Positions 58,690-64,000 of a stretch of DNA of 64,000 bases are shown here, one piece after another. A program made the position numbers and the translations under genes. The notes under the pieces are model-generated. The model was not told the DNA's origin, did no database searches, and saw only the letters and a program-made list of their open reading frames with translations. Source of the stretch: a virus (Duplodnaviria > Heunggongvirae > Uroviricota > Caudoviricetes); the IMG/VR virus record IMGVR_UViG_3300042402_002792. One strand, written 5' to 3'. Positions within the stretch are counted from its first letter, which is position 1; each line of letters opens with the position of its first letter.

Positions 58690-61600
58690 ATGGCTCAAGA
58701 ATTTAAAATTGGTAGACTACGTTACACCTGGAGGGGAATATGGGCTACTGCGACTTTTTACAACAGAGATGCTGTAGCAGCGTTTGATGGTAAAACATAT
58801 GTTTGTATAGTACCACATACTTCAAGTAATTTTTACGACGACTACTTTAATATCGAACCTAGCGGAGAAGTAAAACCTTACTGGACTTTGATGCTCGACG
58901 GTCAAAGTTGGGTTGGTGAGTGGACTCCAACAACAGCATACACAATATCAAATATTGTTTTGTATTCAGGAACTGTATACAAATGTATTACTAATCATAC
59001 TAGTACTACTACATTTGATCCTACTAAGTGGCAAGTGTATGTAGCAGTTGATAGTAGCTGGGTAAATGTTTATACACCATCAACATTTTATTATAAAGGG
59101 GATGTTGCAAAATTTGGCGGCATTGTATATAAATGCAATGTAGATCATTTAGCTAACCCTGCTTATTTTCCTGACTACACTAAATGGGATGTTCAATACG
59201 AAGGTGTAGAATTTAAAGGCGAATGGGATCTTAACAGTGTTCAGTACAAACAAAACGATATTGTAAAGTACGGTTCAAGTCTTTGGATCTGTCAATTTAA
59301 TCACACTTCAAGTTCTGGATTTGACGGGACTATTGATACCGATGACTCAACTAAAGCATGGCTGTTATGGATACCCGGTGCTGAATATGAGAATACATGG
59401 AATTCAGCAATTACATATCAACTAGGTGACGTTGTTATGTACGGCGGTTATAGTTATATAAATCGCATTGTTAATAATACAAATTTAATTCCACCAGATG
59501 CAGCAGACGATTCTACTCCAGCATGGGAATTATTAACTATAGGATATAGATTTTTAGACGGTTGGCAAAATTCTACAACTTACTACATTGGCAGTGTTGT
59601 TAGACACGGCGGTTCTTTATATCAAGCTGTTCAAGATAATATTAATGAAAGTCCTACTGACAATTCAGTAACAACTACTTATACCGCTACTGGTAGCTCA
59701 GGCAGGACACTTAAAGTTGCCTCAACAACCAACCTTGTTCCTGGTATGTTTATTTCTGGTTTAAGGTTTAGTAAAGGGCAATATATTGATAGTATTGTTG
59801 ATAATACTACCCTTAAAATTAGCCAAGAACCGTATGCAACAATAACAAACGGAGCAACACTTACTTTCAGTGGTGTAGATACTGCTAACTGGGAATTAAT
59901 TACTCAAGGCATTCGTTGGCGTAATCGCTGGTCAAGTGGACAGTCTTATCTAGTAGGCGATATTTCTGTTTATATTAATAAAACTTATAGATGCATTAAA
60001 AATCATACAAGTACTCTTATTAATAGACCAGATCAAGACACAAATAATGTTAACTGGGTAATATTTTTAAATCATGATAGAAATAACGTTCTTAATGATT
60101 TAGGAGATATTATTGTTAATAGTGAAGGAAATAATATTGCATTGCCGATAGGATCCGAAGGATACTTATTAAAATCAATTTACGGTGTTCCTACATGGTC
60201 AAATTTCTTACAAACACCTAAAGTGTATTATGTAACGCCTGACGGAACAGATAGTGTAGATAGTGGAACCACATGGGATAATCCGTGGCGCAGTATTAGG
60301 TATGCATGTGACAGTATAAGTGCGGGCCTAAGTAATCCAAATGCAAAAATTTTACTTCTTAATAATAGAAACTTTATTGAAGAAGAAGCATGGCAATGGC
60401 AAGTCTATCAAATTGCTAATAGTATTTCACCGTTTAATGTTTCAGGGCTATCTCTCGATGAAGAAAAAACTAGACGTGACACAAAATATTGTGTTGATGC
60501 AGTAATATATGATTTAGCTCGAGGTGGTAATAGTCAAACTATTGCGTTTACATTAGCGTTTTTTGATAAAGTTGCAAGATACAAATATGCAACAACTGAA
60601 GTAGCACAACAAATTAATTACTATATTGCAACTATAAACAGAATTTTTATATTAATTAATACCATTGCTTCAGGTAATTCTGTAAGTCCGTTATACCAAA
60701 CTTTAAATGGCATTTCTTCTCCTATTGTACAACAATCTGGCCCTAGTTTAACAGCACAATCTTTAACTGACATCGATTCTTTTAAAACTATTGTCACTAC
60801 TGCTCTAGGATCAGGAGATTCTACAGAGATACCGCCAGAAAATTCTGGACTAACTGCAACTATTCAAGTAAAGACCGGTACTTATAGAGAAGAATTACCT
60901 ATTGTAGTTCCTGCAAACACTGCCTTAAATGGAGACGAATTGCGTGGAGTAGTAGTTTATCCTAAAGTTATTATCAATTCTTTAGTAACAAGATCTTTTG
61001 CAGGAACAAATAAATTTAGAGTTGGCAGTACAGCTGGAATGACCGCAGGAACACCAGTTCAGTTTGATTCAATTTATTCAGTCAACGGTGTGAATAGCGT
61101 ATTCGGGGGTGTAACTAGAGGAACAACGTATTATGTTATTGGAAGTTCAATTACAGATACTGAATTCTCTGTAAGTACAACAGCAAACGGATTACCTGTA
61201 CTCCTTAGCAACTTCACCAGTCAGATGTATGTCTATGGCGGTGATGCACTTAAAGATATGTTTAGATGCCAAAACGGTACTGGTATAAGAAATATGACTC
61301 TTTCTGGTCTACTAGGATGCCTTACAGATGAAAACCTTTATCTAACTCGAAGACCAACTGGCGGCTTTTATGTTGGATTAGATATTGGAGCAAATCAAGA
61401 TGACACTAGTGCCTGGATCTATAGAAAAAGCCCGTATATTCAAAACGTATCAACTTTTGGACGCGGAGCAATTGGATTAAAAATTGACGGCTCATATCAT
61501 AATGGCGGTAATAAGTCTATTGTTTGTAACGACTTTACACAAATTATTTCAGACGGAATCGGTATATGGTGTACAGGAACTGATGCATTATGTGAAGCAG

Positions 61601-64000
61601 TTTCTGTTTTCTCATACTATGCTTATGCAGGATATTTTGCAGAGGCTGGCGGTAGAATTCGTGCTACTAATGGAAATAGCTCATACGGAACATTCGGTGT
61701 AGTTGCTGAAGGATTTGATACTAGTGAAGTTCCTATTTCTGGACAGGTAAACAATCAATATTTTGAAGCTCAAGCTACCCCGTTTAGTTCTCTAGGCTCT
61801 GAAGCAGAAATTTTAAAAATTCAATACAATCATGCAGGTCAAAATTATTTTAACGAAGTAACTAATTTAATTCGTTACAGTAATAGTTTTACTACTACTG
61901 GAGGTAACGGCTGGAGTACAGATGGTAATTTAACATTAGTACAATCAATTACTTCCCCTATGGGAACAACTGACGGATGGTTAGCAGAAGGAACTAGTGC
62001 TGTTGGAGCAACTGGCTCAGTTTCAACATCGACCGCAATTACTCCGTCGGGAGCAAGTTATACAGCTCTGTCTGGTATAAACATAACTGGATCAGGTACT
62101 AGTGCTACGTTTAATGTTATAGTATCTAGTACAACCTATCTTGTAACAATTAATGCCGGCGGTTCTGGATACGTTGTTAGTAACCAGATAAGAATATTAG
62201 GTACACAACTAGGCGGAACTAGTCCTGCTAACGATTTAGTTATTACAGTTACTGGTTTGTCCGGTACTACAATTACGTCAATATCGTCAACTGGTACAGT
62301 TCAAAGCGGTGCCACTCAACCGTATTATTTTAGTATTTTTATTAAAAAGGGAACTTCTCCAACATTTGATGTTCAGTTGGAATATAGTGGAACTCAAACA
62401 ACTGGAAGCACTATAAGTTATAATTTTGATTTAAACACTATAACTCCAGGATCTATCTCTGCAGGACTTGTTCCGATTACCTTTAATGCTACCCCAGTGT
62501 CAAATAGTAATGGGTGGATCAGATTGTCTTTTGTAAGCTATGATAGTATTGCTTTAAACAATACACTTACTGTAAGATTATATCCTAAAGGTCTAAGCTC
62601 AATTACAGGTTATAGTTTTATGTTCGGCGCTCAACTCGAACTAGGAAATACCTTAGGGTTTTATCTAAGCACAAACGGACACAGATATACAGCAAATGCA
62701 AACTTTGTTGTTAAAGGTCCTGGATCAAATCTTAGTTTAGTTGCAAATGAAACTAGAAGCTCTGCTGTTTATAAGACTCGTGTTTTAGAAGTTGATGGTA
62801 TAACCGGAGGAACAAATTATCTTTTTGTAGCTAATAACGCTCAATCAGGTAGTGCTAGCACTCTTACTATTGCAGCATCTGATACAACAGGGGAAAAACC
62901 CTATTTAGGCATGCGTTTATTTGTCAATAACGGTTTAGGTGCGGGACAGTATGGAACTATTAGCTTTTATGATCCTTTAATAAAAGAAGCAACGGTACTA
63001 AAAGAATCTTTTAGTCAGCTTGAAGTTACAACAACTGATGCAGCTACTGATAAGTTTAGTCTATCATTATCTACTGATCCGTATACTCTGTACACAGATC
63101 AACCAGTTCAGTTTGTTCCCACACATTATGAAATCGATATTGATCGTATTTCGCAAGACGATATTAATGTACTTAATACTGTAGGCGGAACACAAAATAG
63201 AATGGTAGTTACTTCTACAGCTAAACTTATATTAGGAATGCCTGTTAATTTTAGCGGAACTACATTTGGCGGTGTTACTGATAGTTTTACATATTACATT
63301 ATTAATATAATTGATGAATTTAATATACAAGTCTCTACTACGTTAGGGGGCTCTGTAGTATTTCTCAATAATGCATCAGGAGACATGCAGTTAAACTTTC
63401 CAGCGTATACTAGCTATCTAAGCGGTAGCACTACAAATATGGAAATTAACTTGCCTATATTTTTTACTGGCAATGTGTTAAGCGATGTTGTAGCTGGCCA
63501 AACATATTACATTAACGATATTTTTGGAGCAAATTTATTTACAATTTCGCAATCTTTAGTAACTATAGCTGCAACAGCCACAGCAGTTAACACTAATTTA
63601 ATAACTGTTGATAATACTAGTAATTTAGTAAGTTTAAATCCTATTAAATTTACAGATGTTATAGGGGGATTAACTAACGGAGTGAAATATTATATTAAGA
63701 ATATTCCTAGCCCTAGCACAATTTCCCTTACAGATACAATTATTTCAACTACAGCAACAGCAAGTGTTGAGTCTAGTGATTTAATTACAGTAACAAGTAC
63801 AACCGGATTTCAAATAGGTAATCCTGTAGTATTTACTGGTCCAACATTTGGCGGTCTAGTTAATGATCAAACTTATTACATTCATTATGTTAATGACGGA
63901 ACTACATTCTCTATAAGCAATACGTCTACATTATTAACCGTAAACGTAACTGCAACATCTGATACTAACAATGCAATTACTTGCGGTTCAACAACTAATT
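58690..64000 (+). CDS. Very large fibre/adhesin (partial, >1770 aa) with N-terminal CBM5/12-like repeats and a beta-helix domain
   Basis: Absent from the ORF track because no stop lies in the window; ATG 58690 after AAGGA; MAQEFKIGRLRYTWRG; ~7 W...Y...D.V...G..Y.C...HTS-type repeats; VYYVTPDGTD; RKSPYIQNV; frame spot-checked to the edge. Confidence 0.8.
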   Translation, partial: MAQEFKIGRLRYTWRGIWATATFYNRDAVAAFDGKTYVCIVPHTSSNFYDDYFNIEPSGEVKPYWTLMLDGQSWVGEWTPTTAYTISNIVLYSGTVYKCITNHTSTTTFDPTKWQVYVAVDSSWVNVYTPSTFYYKGDVAKFGGIVYKCNVDHLANPAYFPDYTKWDVQYEGVEFKGEWDLNSVQYKQNDIVKYGSSLWICQFNHTSSSGFDGTIDTDDSTKAWLLWIPGAEYENTWNSAITYQLGDVVMYGGYSYINRIVNNTNLIPPDAADDSTPAWELLTIGYRFLDGWQNSTTYYIGSVVRHGGSLYQAVQDNINESPTDNSVTTTYTATGSSGRTLKVASTTNLVPGMFISGLRFSKGQYIDSIVDNTTLKISQEPYATITNGATLTFSGVDTANWELITQGIRWRNRWSSGQSYLVGDISVYINKTYRCIKNHTSTLINRPDQDTNNVNWVIFLNHDRNNVLNDLGDIIVNSEGNNIALPIGSEGYLLKSIYGVPTWSNFLQTPKVYYVTPDGTDSVDSGTTWDNPWRSIRYACDSISAGLSNPNAKILLLNNRNFIEEEAWQWQVYQIANSISPFNVSGLSLDEEKTRRDTKYCVDAVIYDLARGGNSQTIAFTLAFFDKVARYKYATTEVAQQINYYIATINRIFILINTIASGNSVSPLYQTLNGISSPIVQQSGPSLTAQSLTDIDSFKTIVTTALGSGDSTEIPPENSGLTATIQVKTGTYREELPIVVPANTALNGDELRGVVVYPKVIINSLVTRSFAGTNKFRVGSTAGMTAGTPVQFDSIYSVNGVNSVFGGVTRGTTYYVIGSSITDTEFSVSTTANGLPVLLSNFTSQMYVYGGDALKDMFRCQNGTGIRNMTLSGLLGCLTDENLYLTRRPTGGFYVGLDIGANQDDTSAWIYRKSPYIQNVSTFGRGAIGLKIDGSYHNGGNKSIVCNDFTQIISDGIGIWCTGTDALCEAVSVFSYYAYAGYFAEAGGRIRATNGNSSYGTFGVVAEGFDTSEVPISGQVNNQYFEAQATPFSSLGSEAEILKIQYNHAGQNYFNEVTNLIRYSNSFTTTGGNGWSTDGNLTLVQSITSPMGTTDGWLAEGTSAVGATGSVSTSTAITPSGASYTALSGINITGSGTSATFNVIVSSTTYLVTINAGGSGYVVSNQIRILGTQLGGTSPANDLVITVTGLSGTTITSISSTGTVQSGATQPYYFSIFIKKGTSPTFDVQLEYSGTQTTGSTISYNFDLNTITPGSISAGLVPITFNATPVSNSNGWIRLSFVSYDSIALNNTLTVRLYPKGLSSITGYSFMFGAQLELGNTLGFYLSTNGHRYTANANFVVKGPGSNLSLVANETRSSAVYKTRVLEVDGITGGTNYLFVANNAQSGSASTLTIAASDTTGEKPYLGMRLFVNNGLGAGQYGTISFYDPLIKEATVLKESFSQLEVTTTDAATDKFSLSLSTDPYTLYTDQPVQFVPTHYEIDIDRISQDDINVLNTVGGTQNRMVVTSTAKLILGMPVNFSGTTFGGVTDSFTYYIINIIDEFNIQVSTTLGGSVVFLNNASGDMQLNFPAYTSYLSGSTTNMEINLPIFFTGNVLSDVVAGQTYYINDIFGANLFTISQSLVTIAATATAVNTNLITVDNTSNLVSLNPIKFTDVIGGLTNGVKYYIKNIPSPSTISLTDTIISTTATASVESSDLITVTSTTGFQIGNPVVFTGPTFGGLVNDQTYYIHYVNDGTTFSISNTSTLLTVNVTATSDTNNAITCGSTTN

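Noticed and set aside
48441-64000. Diversity-generating retroelement acting on fibre genes
   Set aside because: No reverse transcriptase and no repeat pair differing only at adenines was seen.
1-64000. Stop-codon reassignment or tRNA genes
   Set aside because: Multi-kilobase ORFs are intact in the standard code, TAA, TGA and TAG all end genes, and no cloverleaf was recognised.

Overview
This window is 64 kb of an AT-rich, large T4-like (myovirus) phage genome, read in the standard genetic code and consisting almost entirely of virion morphogenesis genes. Bases 1-29171 (minus strand) hold a baseplate/tail-fibre operon: tube-initiator-like, gp53-like, hub, gp5-like spike, gp25, gp6, a 4477-aa giant protein and several fibre paralogs. 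Bases 29234-33584 (plus) hold gp55 late sigma factor, gp47/gp46 (Mre11/Rad50-like), a small basic protein and a GIY-YIG nuclease. A ~430-nt, densely base-paired non-coding element follows. Next come a probable internal head protein, a gp26-like tail chaperone with a -1 frameshift extension (minus), a tape-measure-like gene, portal gp20, protease gp21, scaffold gp22, capsid gp23 and very large fibre/adhesin genes running off the right end. A TAAATA late-promoter motif precedes most structural units. The best leads are the structured RNA behind the GIY-YIG gene (with a two-fold symmetric twin motif), the lambda G/GT-style slippery site, a leaderless gp55 gene whose promoter abuts a late promoter, and two structured 5' leaders. 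All assignments come from motif recognition by eye; no searches or folding programs were run.
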